A stretch of 53,080 nucleotides of DNA, taken from an uncultured Enterobacteriaceae bacterium (lineage in GTDB: Bacteria; Desulfobacterota; Binatia; Bin18). A program made the position numbers and the translations under genes. Below the pieces are notes generated by a model that had not been told where the DNA came from, made no database searches, and saw nothing but the letters and a program-made list of their open reading frames with translations. The stretch covers positions 1 through 53,080 of the forward strand of contig CAZCWX010000671.1 in the NCBI GenBank assembly GCA_964502465.1, read 5' to 3'. Shown here piece after piece: positions 37,974 through 47,468 of the stretch. Numbering within the stretch: position 1 is the stretch's first letter; each line of letters starts with the position of its first letter.

Positions 37974-38253
37974 CAAAACTCAAGAGTCAATACAATGAGA
38001 CAGTATGTTGTAATTTACCCAACTCCACGAGTAGGAGCTATTATGGTCTTTCTTACCCTCGTCAATCATGAGATCTGGAGAGGTAAAGGACCATGCGGTT
38101 GAACTCACCTGTACGCTCCTTCACCTGGTGGGGGAAAGGACAAGGATCAGAGGAAAGCTGAGATCATTGGCCGTCACGGCATTATTGGCCTTTTATCCGT
38201 AGATTAAAATTTGACAGAATGTATATTATCGGACATAAAATATGCACAGGTGC

Positions 38254-38916
38254 TTACTCATTTCTTTTTTGCTGCACCACATCGGCAAGAGGCGAATCAG
38301 CATAACTTTCAAGAAACTCTCCGTATAAAGATTGCGCGGTCTTGTTATCGTCCGCACGTTCTAAAACACCAGCACGGGCAAGCAAAGCAATTCCTTGAAT
38401 CGGCCCTTCAAGGTCAGCCGCCTCTTTGTATAGTTCCTGCGCCCGCGAGAAATCGTCAGCTTGTTCGGCATTTTGCCCTAGCTTCATCAGTGCAAGTTGC
38501 TTGACGTAGTTATGAGGACCAGCTTGCGCCAAGAGCCTTTCATAAATTTGGTTTTCTGCGTCGAATTGCTGTTGTTCGGCAAGCGCTTTTCCTAAAAGAA
38601 GTAAGGTAAGCGTGCGAGCCTCTCCTTTTGGCAGCATGCGTTCCGCGTCTTCGAGGCGCGCCGCCGCATCTCCAGCTGTCCCGCTTTGGAGCAATTGCAC
38701 TCCCTCCTGCAAAGCACGCAATCCTTGGTTTCTCTTATAGCCATTGTAAATAAATACTCCCCCGGTACACACAACCACCAGGAACGCGAATCCGACACCG
38801 ATAGTGATTAGGCGCCAGTGCGATTGGACATGGTTGCCCAGTTTGCAGTGCCACGACTGGTTGCGCAATCTAGTGGTGCTTGTGGTGAGAAATGGCGTTT
38901 TTTTTGCCTGTAACAC
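38254..38916 (-). CDS. membrane-anchored TPR-like protein (YfgM-like architecture)
   Basis: Single N-terminal TM helix (LITIGVGFAFLVVVCTGGVFI), followed by TPR-like helical repeats. Confidence 0.65.
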   Translation of the reverse strand: MLQAKKTPFLTTSTTRLRNQSWHCKLGNHVQSHWRLITIGVGFAFLVVVCTGGVFIYNGYKRNQGLRALQEGVQLLQSGTAGDAAARLEDAERMLPKGEARTLTLLLLGKALAEQQQFDAENQIYERLLAQAGPHNYVKQLALMKLGQNAEQADDFSRAQELYKEAADLEGPIQGIALLARAGVLERADDNKTAQSLYGEFLESYADSPLADVVQQKRNE

Positions 38917-38940
38917 GATAACTTGGTGTAAGGTCAGCGG

Positions 38941-39459
38941 TTACATTTTATACTTGAAGTCTTCCGGGGACATTTTCTCTAAAATCTCTGCCCACTTATC
39001 TCGGGATACGTTCGACAAATTCTGCTCTTCTTGCATTTCTTCTAGCTGCCCCAAGACACTGGAAGCTTCCAACACTTTCTTCGCAACGAAAATAGGACTT
39101 TTTGTGCGTAACGCCAAAGAGATGGCATCGCTTGGGCGGGAATCAACCTCTATTCTATTATCTCCCACCTGTAGGCAAATCACTGCATAGTACGTGTTAT
39201 CTCGTAAATCGGTGACTTCAACAGATTCCACAGACACGCCAAGATTAACAATAAGGTTACGTAGGAGGTCGTGGGTCATCGGTCTCGCCATCTTGATGCC
39301 TTCCAATTCAGTCGCCATTGCCGTTGCTTCCATCAGGCCTATCCAGATAGGAAGATTCAGTTTATTGTCGACGTCCTTAAGGATCACAATGGGTGTTTTA
39401 GTCACCGGGTCGAGGGTTAGTCCTCCGACACGCATCTCGATCAGATCTTCTTTGGCCAT
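38941..39459 (-). CDS. bifunctional nuclease family protein (BFN/DUF151)
   Basis: ATG 39459 follows GGGGGA. Motifs PIVILKD....LPIWIG..EA and DSRPSDAISLALR, plus the C-terminal tail SPEDFKYKM. Confidence 0.8.
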   Translation of the reverse strand: MAKEDLIEMRVGGLTLDPVTKTPIVILKDVDNKLNLPIWIGLMEATAMATELEGIKMARPMTHDLLRNLIVNLGVSVESVEVTDLRDNTYYAVICLQVGDNRIEVDSRPSDAISLALRTKSPIFVAKKVLEASSVLGQLEEMQEEQNLSNVSRDKWAEILEKMSPEDFKYKM

Positions 39460-39535
39460 ATCATCATCCCCCGTTCGACGGAGTTGTACGGATTGTATCA
39501 CCCGAGGTCGGAGAGTCAATGCAAAGGTATGTTCG

Positions 39536-40948
39536 TCAGGCCGCTACCAATTTGTCAACGACCCGGTACAATTGGTTGAGATTGCGGCATTCTTCCACGA
39601 GATCACAGTACGGGGCGTAACGATCCATCTCGCTGTCACCAAATCCCCAGGTCAGTCGACTTTCGGGGTTCAGCCAAATGACCTGTTTGGCGCGCTGCCG
39701 GACCTCTCGCAATACCCATTCGTGCGGCAAGTTGTAGTTGTTGCGCGCGTCTCCTAACACAATAACAGTCGTGCGCTTGTTCACAACAGAAATGTAGTCA
39801 TGATGAAAAAGGCGGAATGCACGTCCAAAATCTGAGTGCGCATAAATATTGATAATATTGCCGCGCAAGGAGAGGTCGACCGCAGTGTGAATCTCATTCT
39901 CCTCGAAGAGATCGGTAACCTCTCCAATATCTGCCACAAAAATGAAGCTCCGCACTTTTGAGTATAAGTCTTGTACCGAGTAAACAAATTGCAACATGAA
40001 GCGAGAGACATTCCGTACAGAATCTGATACGTCGCAAAGCATCACCACTTGAGGCTTCTCTCGCCTCTTCCTATCAAGAACAATGCGAAACGGGACTCCA
40101 CCGTATTGAAGGTTTTTTCGCAACGTCTGCTGAAGATCAAACCGGCCTCGTTTTGCTCGTTTTCGTCTGATCGCAATGACGTTCTTAAGACGCTGTGCCA
40201 GCTTAGCCACCGCCTCCTTCATTTTGCGGATCTCATCCTCAGTGAGATAATAAAAACTCTTGTCAGCCAAGCTGCGCATTTTCTGCTGATCGCGCAGCTG
40301 CGCATCACGTTTCTCTAATTCAGCTCGCACAAAGCTCCGCACCATATGGGCTAGGTCCTGAAGTCGACGGTCAAGATAGGTAGACAGTTGTTCAATCTGT
40401 TCCGGGCTCAGTCCGGCCTGTTGCAACGCCTCTTTTAGATTAGCCAGCTCCTGCGTGAGTTGGCCAAACCCTAACAACTGCGCGAGCGCGTTAGCGAATT
40501 GTCCTTCTTGGAAGGACCGTTGGATATCTTGGAGATTTGCTCCTTGCGCCGCCTCACGCAGGAGCCTTTCAAGTTGGCCAGTATTATTCGTTAACAGCGC
40601 TCGCGCCAAATCAGAGAGTTCAGTCCCCATATTTTTCAAGGCTTCCTCAAGTTGTTCGAGGAAGCGCTGAAACTCCTCCTCCGACATCTCCATAGCGCTC
40701 ATGGTTGACGCTGCCGCAGACTTGATGATTTCTCCCAGTCCAGTGAAATACAAGTCAAACAATTCATCGTACACCGGAATATCGACCACTCGCTTCACAA
40801 GCGTCGCCCGGAGGGTATCCTTCAAAAGCTCTCGGTTACGAATCCCTGTCAACCCTAGCGCAGCAAAGCTATCCATGTTTTCTGCGACAGAAATCTTGAG
40901 GCCATTTTGCCGCAGCAGATGGGTAAACTCGATCAACTTTTCGTCCAT
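39536..40948 (-). CDS. VWA domain-containing CoxE-like protein
   Basis: MDEKLIEFTHLLRQNGLKISVAE start. The C-terminal VWA segment has VVMLCDVSDSV (a DxSxS MIDAS-like motif). It starts 22 nt after the MoxR gene. Confidence 0.8.
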   Translation of the reverse strand: MDEKLIEFTHLLRQNGLKISVAENMDSFAALGLTGIRNRELLKDTLRATLVKRVVDIPVYDELFDLYFTGLGEIIKSAAASTMSAMEMSEEEFQRFLEQLEEALKNMGTELSDLARALLTNNTGQLERLLREAAQGANLQDIQRSFQEGQFANALAQLLGFGQLTQELANLKEALQQAGLSPEQIEQLSTYLDRRLQDLAHMVRSFVRAELEKRDAQLRDQQKMRSLADKSFYYLTEDEIRKMKEAVAKLAQRLKNVIAIRRKRAKRGRFDLQQTLRKNLQYGGVPFRIVLDRKRREKPQVVMLCDVSDSVRNVSRFMLQFVYSVQDLYSKVRSFIFVADIGEVTDLFEENEIHTAVDLSLRGNIINIYAHSDFGRAFRLFHHDYISVVNKRTTVIVLGDARNNYNLPHEWVLREVRQRAKQVIWLNPESRLTWGFGDSEMDRYAPYCDLVEECRNLNQLYRVVDKLVAA

Positions 40949-40970
40949 ACGTGAGCTCGTCTCTTCTCTG

Positions 40971-41933
40971 CTAGTGCAGAAGGTCTTTGTCACTCTGCGT
41001 CGTTGTCGCTTTCGCTTTGGTCTTTTGCTTCTGAAGATAATCCTTCAGTTCGGCCTCAGCTTTCCGCACGTCCCCCTCATACTTGAGAATGGTATTCAGC
41101 GTCTCATTGACTACGATTTCGTCCAATTGGTGGACATTTAAGAGGGTCAACGCTTTGGCCCAATCGAGCGTCTCGCTGATGCTCGGGCCCTTTTTAAGAT
41201 CCAGTTTGCGGATCATCTGTACGACCTCTACCACTTCCTCCGCCAATTTATCCGCTATTCCAGGAACCTTCAGTGTCACAATTTGCAGTTCCTGAGACCG
41301 GTCAGGGAAATCAATATATAAATGGAGGCACCGACGTTTCAGGGCGTCTGACATCTCCCGTGTATTGTTACTGGTTAATACGACGATGGGCAATTGCAAG
41401 GCCCGGATGGTTCCAAGCTCAGGAACGCTGACCTGAAAGTCACTCAGGACCTCCAGTAGAAATGCCTCGAACTCATTGTCGGACTTATCGATCTCGTCGA
41501 TCAGCAATACCACAGGGTGATCAGCAGAAATGGCCCGCAAAAGAGGGCGAGGGAGAATAAATCTATCAGAAAAGAACACGCTATCCTGACTGGCGATACG
41601 TTCTACCGCTTCCGCAAGAGTACCCGTCCCTTTCAAGACTTCGCTGATTTTATCCTTCAGGATTTGCGTGTACAGCAGTTGTTTCGCATACTCCCACTCA
41701 TACAGAGCCTTCGCCTCGTCTAGTCCTTCGTAGCACTGCAAGCGGATCAATTCGCACTTGAGGGCTTCGGAAATAACCTTGGCAAGTTCGGTCTTTCCTA
41801 CCCCGGCTGGGCCTTCGACAAGGATTGGCTTGCGCAGGTGACTTGCCAGGTACACGATCGTCGCGATCTTACGGTTGCAAATATATTTTTGTTCCGAAAA
41901 CTTATCGATAACATCCTCTATAGAGCTGAACAT
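40971..41933 (-). CDS. MoxR-family AAA+ ATPase (CoxD-like)
   Basis: ATG 41933 follows GGGAGGGAG. Walker A GPAGVGKT and Walker B LLIDEIDK. Confidence 0.88.
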   Translation of the reverse strand: MFSSIEDVIDKFSEQKYICNRKIATIVYLASHLRKPILVEGPAGVGKTELAKVISEALKCELIRLQCYEGLDEAKALYEWEYAKQLLYTQILKDKISEVLKGTGTLAEAVERIASQDSVFFSDRFILPRPLLRAISADHPVVLLIDEIDKSDNEFEAFLLEVLSDFQVSVPELGTIRALQLPIVVLTSNNTREMSDALKRRCLHLYIDFPDRSQELQIVTLKVPGIADKLAEEVVEVVQMIRKLDLKKGPSISETLDWAKALTLLNVHQLDEIVVNETLNTILKYEGDVRKAEAELKDYLQKQKTKAKATTTQSDKDLLH

Positions 41934-42048
41934 TCTCCCTCCCCGACATGATATCGGGCCTACCCTAGCATAGGGCCTAGAGGAAGACAACGGAACGAGT
42001 TGAGGCCCTTGCAAAAAAGTCCCTTCTCTTTCTATAATCCGCCCGTTA

Positions 42049-42843
42049 ATGTGTACGCTCGCACTGTATTTCAAAGTCTTTCCACAATACCCGCTCATCG
42101 TGGCGGCAAACCGCGATGAATCACTGGCACGCCCGTCCCTTTCTCCAACCCAGTTGTGGGACTCCCCCTGGGTCTACGGTGGGCAGGACTTACTCGCTGG
42201 CGGTACGTGGCTGGGAATTAACGAAAACGGCGTGCTTGCGGGAGTGCTGAACCGCCACACACCACAACCGCCAGACTCACGTCGCCGGTCTCGCGGTCTC
42301 CTGTGCCTTGACGCGCTCAAATACCACTCAGCCGCGGAGGCACTGCGGTCTATCATAACGTTCCCTGCAACCGCGTATAATCCTTTTAATCTTCTTCTCG
42401 CTGATCATTCAGATGCTTATGTAATACATCCATTAAACAGTTCTCTCCAGGTCCACCGTCTCTCCCCAGGTGTCCATTTGCTGACCAATATCAACCTGAA
42501 TGACCCGGAGTGTCCCCGGATCGCTCGCTCTTTCCAACGGTTCCTCCAAGTGAGCCAAAACTTTTCTTCTCGTTCATTTATGTTACCGGATTTAGTGACC
42601 CAACTTCACCCCATTCTTGCGGCTCATGATATACGCCTAGACCCCCGCTCACAGGACCCTCGCAACGGCCTTTGCGTACACCTTCCTGGATATGGCACTT
42701 GTTCATCTACCCTGCTGGCATATGCCAGCAGGGAACGTCGTTATACGTATTTTTTTGCGCCAGGACCCCCATGCCGTAGTGCCTACGGCGAAGTGCTCAT
42801 ATCACCGGAAACCCGGGCCAACTTGCCCCCATCAACACAATAA
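42049..42843 (+). CDS. NRDE family protein (TANGO2/DUF833-like)
   Basis: N-terminal MCTL and the literal NRDE motif (VAANRDES). Confidence 0.8.
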   Translation: MCTLALYFKVFPQYPLIVAANRDESLARPSLSPTQLWDSPWVYGGQDLLAGGTWLGINENGVLAGVLNRHTPQPPDSRRRSRGLLCLDALKYHSAAEALRSIITFPATAYNPFNLLLADHSDAYVIHPLNSSLQVHRLSPGVHLLTNINLNDPECPRIARSFQRFLQVSQNFSSRSFMLPDLVTQLHPILAAHDIRLDPRSQDPRNGLCVHLPGYGTCSSTLLAYASRERRYTYFFAPGPPCRSAYGEVLISPETRANLPPSTQ

Positions 42844-43538
42844 GTAGCCCCGGTAACGAAATCCCCGCGCTCGACAAGAAATCGTACTGCGTGGGCAACA
42901 TCCGCAACGTTCCCAAGGCGCCCGAGCGGAGTCTGTGCTGCAATCATCTGCCGGGACCTTCCCTCATAATGATCAGGGGCTAAAACCGGACCAAGTGCAA
43001 CGCCGTTGACGGTAACTTGTGGAGCAAGGGCTTTCGCCATTACGTGGGTGAGGACATTCAATCCCCCTTTGGAAACACAATAAGGCAGGTATCGTGGAAC
43101 TGGCCGCCATCCGCTCCAGTCACTCAGTTGGACAATTCTCCCCCACCCTTGTGCTCGCATCTTTTTTCCCAGGAGCAAAGAGAGCACGAACGGAGCGGTT
43201 AAGTTTGTACGGATGATCCCTCGCCACGCATCAACAGTCAGATTGGTTAAAAGAGTTGGAAAAAAAACCGCGGCGCTGTTCACCAGGATATCGACTTGTC
43301 CCGCTTGGTTGAATGCGTCTTGCATTAAATGAGTCACCTCCATCGCCCGAGACAGATCAGCGCGGATCACAAACGCCCGCCTCCCTCTGGCTCTCACTGC
43401 TCGTGCTACTTCTTCTCCAGAGGAAGTGTGCACATGTAACACAAGATCCGCCCCGCTCTCAGCAAAGACCACGGCAATCGAGCGCCCTAGCCGTTTGGCT
43501 GCCCCAGTCACCAGAGCAACCTTTCCATCGAGTGCCAT
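42783..43538 (-). CDS. SDR family oxidoreductase
   Basis: Motifs VTGAAKRLGRSIA and YCVSK. Its start overlaps the histidine kinase stop (TAATG). Confidence 0.88.
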   Translation of the reverse strand: MALDGKVALVTGAAKRLGRSIAVVFAESGADLVLHVHTSSGEEVARAVRARGRRAFVIRADLSRAMEVTHLMQDAFNQAGQVDILVNSAAVFFPTLLTNLTVDAWRGIIRTNLTAPFVLSLLLGKKMRAQGWGRIVQLSDWSGWRPVPRYLPYCVSKGGLNVLTHVMAKALAPQVTVNGVALGPVLAPDHYEGRSRQMIAAQTPLGRLGNVADVAHAVRFLVERGDFVTGATYCVDGGKLARVSGDMSTSP

Positions 43539-45052
43539 TACGCCTCACGTCTGACCGGTGCGCAAGGCAATTCAGCCAGAAACGTTGCTCCACCAGTTGA
43601 GTTATTCATGGCAATCAACGTCCCATGATGCAGTTCGATGATCTTGCGAGCAAAGGTGAGTCCCAATCCACTTCCTTGCTTCTTGGTAGAAAAAAACGGG
43701 GCAAACAATCGTTCCATATCGTCTTCCGCAATACCTGGCCCTTGATCCATAATAGCGATTTGCATGCTGCTCTGTTGTTTTCGCAAAAGGACGTCTACAC
43801 GTCCTAGTGACGGTGAGGCTTCCAACGCGTTGGTAATAAGGTTCAGGAACGCTTGCTTGAGTTTAATCCGGTCCAGTGGGAAAATTTCGCTTCCCTTGTC
43901 GGATATTCCCTCATTGAAACAGACAAGCGCCACCTCTCGCATAGCCGCTGCTTCATGCATTTCCTCCACTGCTTCGCGGACGAGGGCGCGCAAATCGCCC
44001 TGCTCAAACTGCAAGGCAAAATCCCGAGAAAAGATCAACAGATCAGCGAGGGTAGTATTCAGGTCATTAATCGCACCGTCTAGCTGTTCCACTTTTTCTT
44101 GGGCCTCGCCCACAAGAGTCTCGAGAGGGACAGCATGGTCCTGCAGAACCTCGCGTAGAAGATCACACTGCAGCCCGAGGAGCCCGACTTTCTGCAAGAT
44201 CTGATGCGAGATTGTTGATGACATCTGTCCAATTGCCGCCATACGTTCACTACGTGCGAGTTCAAAATTCATCCTTTGGAGACTTAGATTCTGCCGTTCA
44301 ATTTCGACTCGGCGTGCCGTCAAGGTCCGCATAAGGAGATGAGCTGCGCCAACCGGCAGAGTGCCAATATATAACCCACCTACCCCAAAGGTGTTCAGAC
44401 CCAAAGTCATAATTGCCACATAAGGAGAAACCAGAAACAACCCAGTCGCAAGCAGGGAGGGTAAACTAGCGGCAAACTCGAGACCGGGAGAGTATAAAAC
44501 TCCGTAGCGAATCCGGTGCTGCATGCCATAACTCAGGGCGAAGACTAACCATCCCCCTATTTCACTGACGATAAAACGCGACAGAGATTCTAGCTCTCCA
44601 ATTCGTAACGGAACGGTTCCCCCTCCGGACCGGTACAACAGGTAGCGGGTAAAGAGGGCAACAAGTAAAATGGCAAGCAATTCAAGGATTCGCCACCCTG
44701 GCCGAGGATCCGTGCGCACTGCGCGGGGTAACACCAGAACTCCCCAACGTTGGAGGAGAACCGCCAGAGGAACCGTAATCGCTATACTGCCAACCATTAA
44801 AGGTAAAGCAAAAAGGCCAACCGCATACAGGAGCGTACTCACAAGCGCTAGAAGAAGGAGGGAGAGAAAGAAATCTTCTCCGATTTCTACATACAGAAGC
44901 ACGCCGGCACAGAGCAGTGGGACAAACGCGCCATAGAGTCCCACGTACCCCAAGTTGAAAGCGACCAATCCAACCCCCGCAAGCAGCAATCCGGTTGTAC
45001 CCCAGGCAATGGTCATGGGGTGCACAGAGACAGCCGGCCCGGAATCCATCAT
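43538..45052 (-). CDS. sensor histidine kinase with an all-transmembrane N-terminal sensing region
   Basis: About 240 aa of consecutive hydrophobic helices, followed by the H-box SSTISHQILQ and an HATPase domain (DQGPGI, GSGLGL). Confidence 0.88.
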   Translation of the reverse strand: MMDSGPAVSVHPMTIAWGTTGLLLAGVGLVAFNLGYVGLYGAFVPLLCAGVLLYVEIGEDFFLSLLLLALVSTLLYAVGLFALPLMVGSIAITVPLAVLLQRWGVLVLPRAVRTDPRPGWRILELLAILLVALFTRYLLYRSGGGTVPLRIGELESLSRFIVSEIGGWLVFALSYGMQHRIRYGVLYSPGLEFAASLPSLLATGLFLVSPYVAIMTLGLNTFGVGGLYIGTLPVGAAHLLMRTLTARRVEIERQNLSLQRMNFELARSERMAAIGQMSSTISHQILQKVGLLGLQCDLLREVLQDHAVPLETLVGEAQEKVEQLDGAINDLNTTLADLLIFSRDFALQFEQGDLRALVREAVEEMHEAAAMREVALVCFNEGISDKGSEIFPLDRIKLKQAFLNLITNALEASPSLGRVDVLLRKQQSSMQIAIMDQGPGIAEDDMERLFAPFFSTKKQGSGLGLTFARKIIELHHGTLIAMNNSTGGATFLAELPCAPVRREA

Positions 45053-46512
45053 TACTCTCTCCCAGTGAGAAAGCGGTCGAGGCGTGGAGCGTGGCGGAAT
45101 ACAAGAAACCCATAGGCAGGGTTTGCCGCATCAAAGTCAGTATCGCTAAGAGAGACGTTGAGTTGGAGCTGGTAGTACGTGTGCCCTTCAGCAAGATCCC
45201 TGCTGTCCCAGTCATACGCCTCATACTTGACCGGGAGTCTCCGAGCGATATCCCAGTATGTCACAATCCGAGAAGAGGAATATTCTCGCCGCATCGTGGG
45301 AAAAGCAAACTCCAGCACGTAGCAGGAGTTCCCTTCGTGCTGCTGGACCCCAAGGAAACGCACCAGTAAATTTCCCTGTAACCAGGCTTGCAATAACTGC
45401 TCTTGAAGCCTCTCGACTAGCCGGTTGAGACCAAATTCTGTGAGCGGGTAGTGGGACCCAAGCCGAGCCCAATACCCATCCGGTGCCAGGTCCCCAATGA
45501 GGGGAATACCACCTAATGTGGCTCGAACGCGGACTTTTTCTCCGTTCCATCCACGACGAAATAACGCCTCTCGCACCCGCTCCTCTGCTTCAGTCCAATC
45601 GAGGTACAAATCGAACGGCTTGCGGAACTTGAATGCGACTTGACTGCGTCTCGTGTAGCCTTTCCATTTCTCTTCTGGAACCCAGACACCGGTGTAGTCA
45701 ACAATTTCTCCGTAGCGACGCTGCCAATTTTGAATGAACCTGCGGAGATCGATATCTGCCTCAGCATGGGGGATCGTGCGCTCGCTATCGGCTCGTTCTT
45801 CCCAGCTAAACGCCTGGACCGGTATCCCAATATTCATCTGCAAGTCCGTATAGGTCAGCCGCTGACGCACAGCCCCACCCGCACTGCGCAGTGTCAACTC
45901 GAGCGGGACTCCTGTGCCTCGCTCGATGACAAATTCGTAAACGGCCACGGTGTTATCCCGGAAGGGAACTAAAAAGGATGGCACGGACAGCAGAACCTGT
46001 CCCTCCGAAAGGTTTGGCCCTTCCGTGCGAACTTCAACCAGCCGAAGACTGGGATCTGAAGGGAGACGTCGAGCAAGCGAAACAAGCGCAGTCAGCCACT
46101 CACTGACATCTTTTAACATAGGAATGAACGGATCCCCCGCTTCAGTTGGCGGCACGCTAGCAATGATGAAGTCGAACCAGTCTCCCAGCTTAATTAATAA
46201 ATTCCCTTTGTTCCAGTTCGGCTGCGCAAGGAGTTCTGTTCCTTCATAGGTACCGGATTGCCATCGCAAATATAGATAGCCCGGTTTCCGAAACAGAACG
46301 TCGATAACTTCGTGCCCCGTAGGAAACTCCTCTTGCCCCACCTCTTTGCGCAGGGTACCGCGGTAGTCAATCAACCGATGGTAAGCCCCTTGACATTCCA
46401 ACAGAATCTCTCTGAGTTCGTCTCCCGCTTCTTTTGGGGTAGTAGCCGTAGCAACACCGACAAGGGTCGAGAACATGAGAAGGAGAGCAAAAAAAAGACG
46501 GATCTTGCTCAT
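45052..46512 (-). CDS. secreted protein with two tandem DUF1571/LolA-like domains
   Basis: Signal peptide MSKIRLFFALLLMFSTLVGVATA. The two halves are internally similar (YRGTLRKE...VLFRKPGYLYLRW versus YTGVWVPE...FKFRKPFDLYLDW). The DUF1571 assignment is from memory. Confidence 0.6.
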   Translation of the reverse strand: MSKIRLFFALLLMFSTLVGVATATTPKEAGDELREILLECQGAYHRLIDYRGTLRKEVGQEEFPTGHEVIDVLFRKPGYLYLRWQSGTYEGTELLAQPNWNKGNLLIKLGDWFDFIIASVPPTEAGDPFIPMLKDVSEWLTALVSLARRLPSDPSLRLVEVRTEGPNLSEGQVLLSVPSFLVPFRDNTVAVYEFVIERGTGVPLELTLRSAGGAVRQRLTYTDLQMNIGIPVQAFSWEERADSERTIPHAEADIDLRRFIQNWQRRYGEIVDYTGVWVPEEKWKGYTRRSQVAFKFRKPFDLYLDWTEAEERVREALFRRGWNGEKVRVRATLGGIPLIGDLAPDGYWARLGSHYPLTEFGLNRLVERLQEQLLQAWLQGNLLVRFLGVQQHEGNSCYVLEFAFPTMRREYSSSRIVTYWDIARRLPVKYEAYDWDSRDLAEGHTYYQLQLNVSLSDTDFDAANPAYGFLVFRHAPRLDRFLTGRE

Positions 46513-47165
46513 CGGAGGGTACCTACTCCTGCTTTAAGTGCCAGAATTGCAGCTTTGGTTCGATCGTTGACTTGCAGCTTTCGGAAAATACTAGCGAGAT
46601 GCATCTTGACAGTCAGCTCGCTAATAAAGAGTCGCTGGCTAATTTCACGATTTGTTCCCCCGGTTGCCACTAAGCGGAGGACCTCCTCCTCCCGAGGAGT
46701 CAAGGTTTGCATTAACCGGCGAACCTCCTCCACTTCTTGATCGCGCTGAAACTCACGGAGAAACTTGCTAGCAAGTTCTGGATTAAGAAAGATCTCACCT
46801 GCAGCAACTCTGCGAAGGGTATCCAAGATATCCTTCGCCCGAGTGTTTTTAAGCAGGTACCCGACCGCTCCAGCCTTGAGCGCGCGAAAGATCAGTTCTG
46901 GGTTGTCGTATCCGGTGAGGATAACCACTTTCGTACTACGGGCTCGTTGTCGCACAAGCGCAGTCGCTCCGATACCATCTCGCTGAGGCATTTCAATATC
47001 CATGAGAATAACGTCAGGTGTCCTTTGCTCAAGCAAAGCCTCAAGCTGATCTACACTTTCCACAACACCAACAAGGTCAAAGTCTGTCTGCCTCTTAAAG
47101 AGTTGCTGCAGGCCAGCAAGGAAAATCGGGTGGTCATCAACGACAATGAGGGAAATCTTATTCAT
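46509..47165 (-). CDS. NarL/FixJ-family response regulator (REC + LuxR-type HTH)
   Basis: Receiver motifs VDDHP and DVILMDIEMP. C-terminal LTPREEEVLRLVATGGTNREISQRLFISELTVKMH. Confidence 0.92.
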   Translation of the reverse strand: MNKISLIVVDDHPIFLAGLQQLFKRQTDFDLVGVVESVDQLEALLEQRTPDVILMDIEMPQRDGIGATALVRQRARSTKVVILTGYDNPELIFRALKAGAVGYLLKNTRAKDILDTLRRVAAGEIFLNPELASKFLREFQRDQEVEEVRRLMQTLTPREEEVLRLVATGGTNREISQRLFISELTVKMHLASIFRKLQVNDRTKAAILALKAGVGTLR

Positions 47166-47181
47166 ACTCTCGTCCTATCCG

Positions 47182-47210
47182 ACTATAGAAGACCACGACT
47201 TTTTGGTCAA
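47182..47210 (-). promoter_or_regulatory. putative sigma70 promoter of the RR-DUF1571-HK-SDR operon
   Basis: On the minus strand: TTGACC (47210-47205), a 17-nt spacer, then TATAGT (47187-47182). The ATG is at 47165. Confidence 0.5.
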
Positions 47211-47468
47211 AGGTGCTCCGCACTCCTGAATCAGTGAGAATTGTTAGTTTACCTACCCATACGTGCAAAGAGCTGAGATTGTTCCTGTCCCTTGTCCTCT
47301 AACCGCCACTAGTTCCTCTTGACCCGCCATGCTTCCCATGCCCGGTTTTCTCATAATCCCATACCGGAGGATCTCTTTTCCCTGGGCGGTTATCCAGGCT
47401 AAGTAAAGAGGGGAACCGAATCGGCCACAACCCGCTTGAGGTGGAGTTGTGTATTTTCACACAAGTGG

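Larger units (their letters stand above)
36940..37979 (-). mobile_element. composite IS relic: truncated IS4-like element abutting an IS200/IS605 TnpA fragment
   Basis: The putative IS end lies around CCAATAGTTCAGACAAAAATCA (36941-36962), which is shared with the relic at 47660-47680. The IS200 piece is at 37848-37973. Confidence 0.6.
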
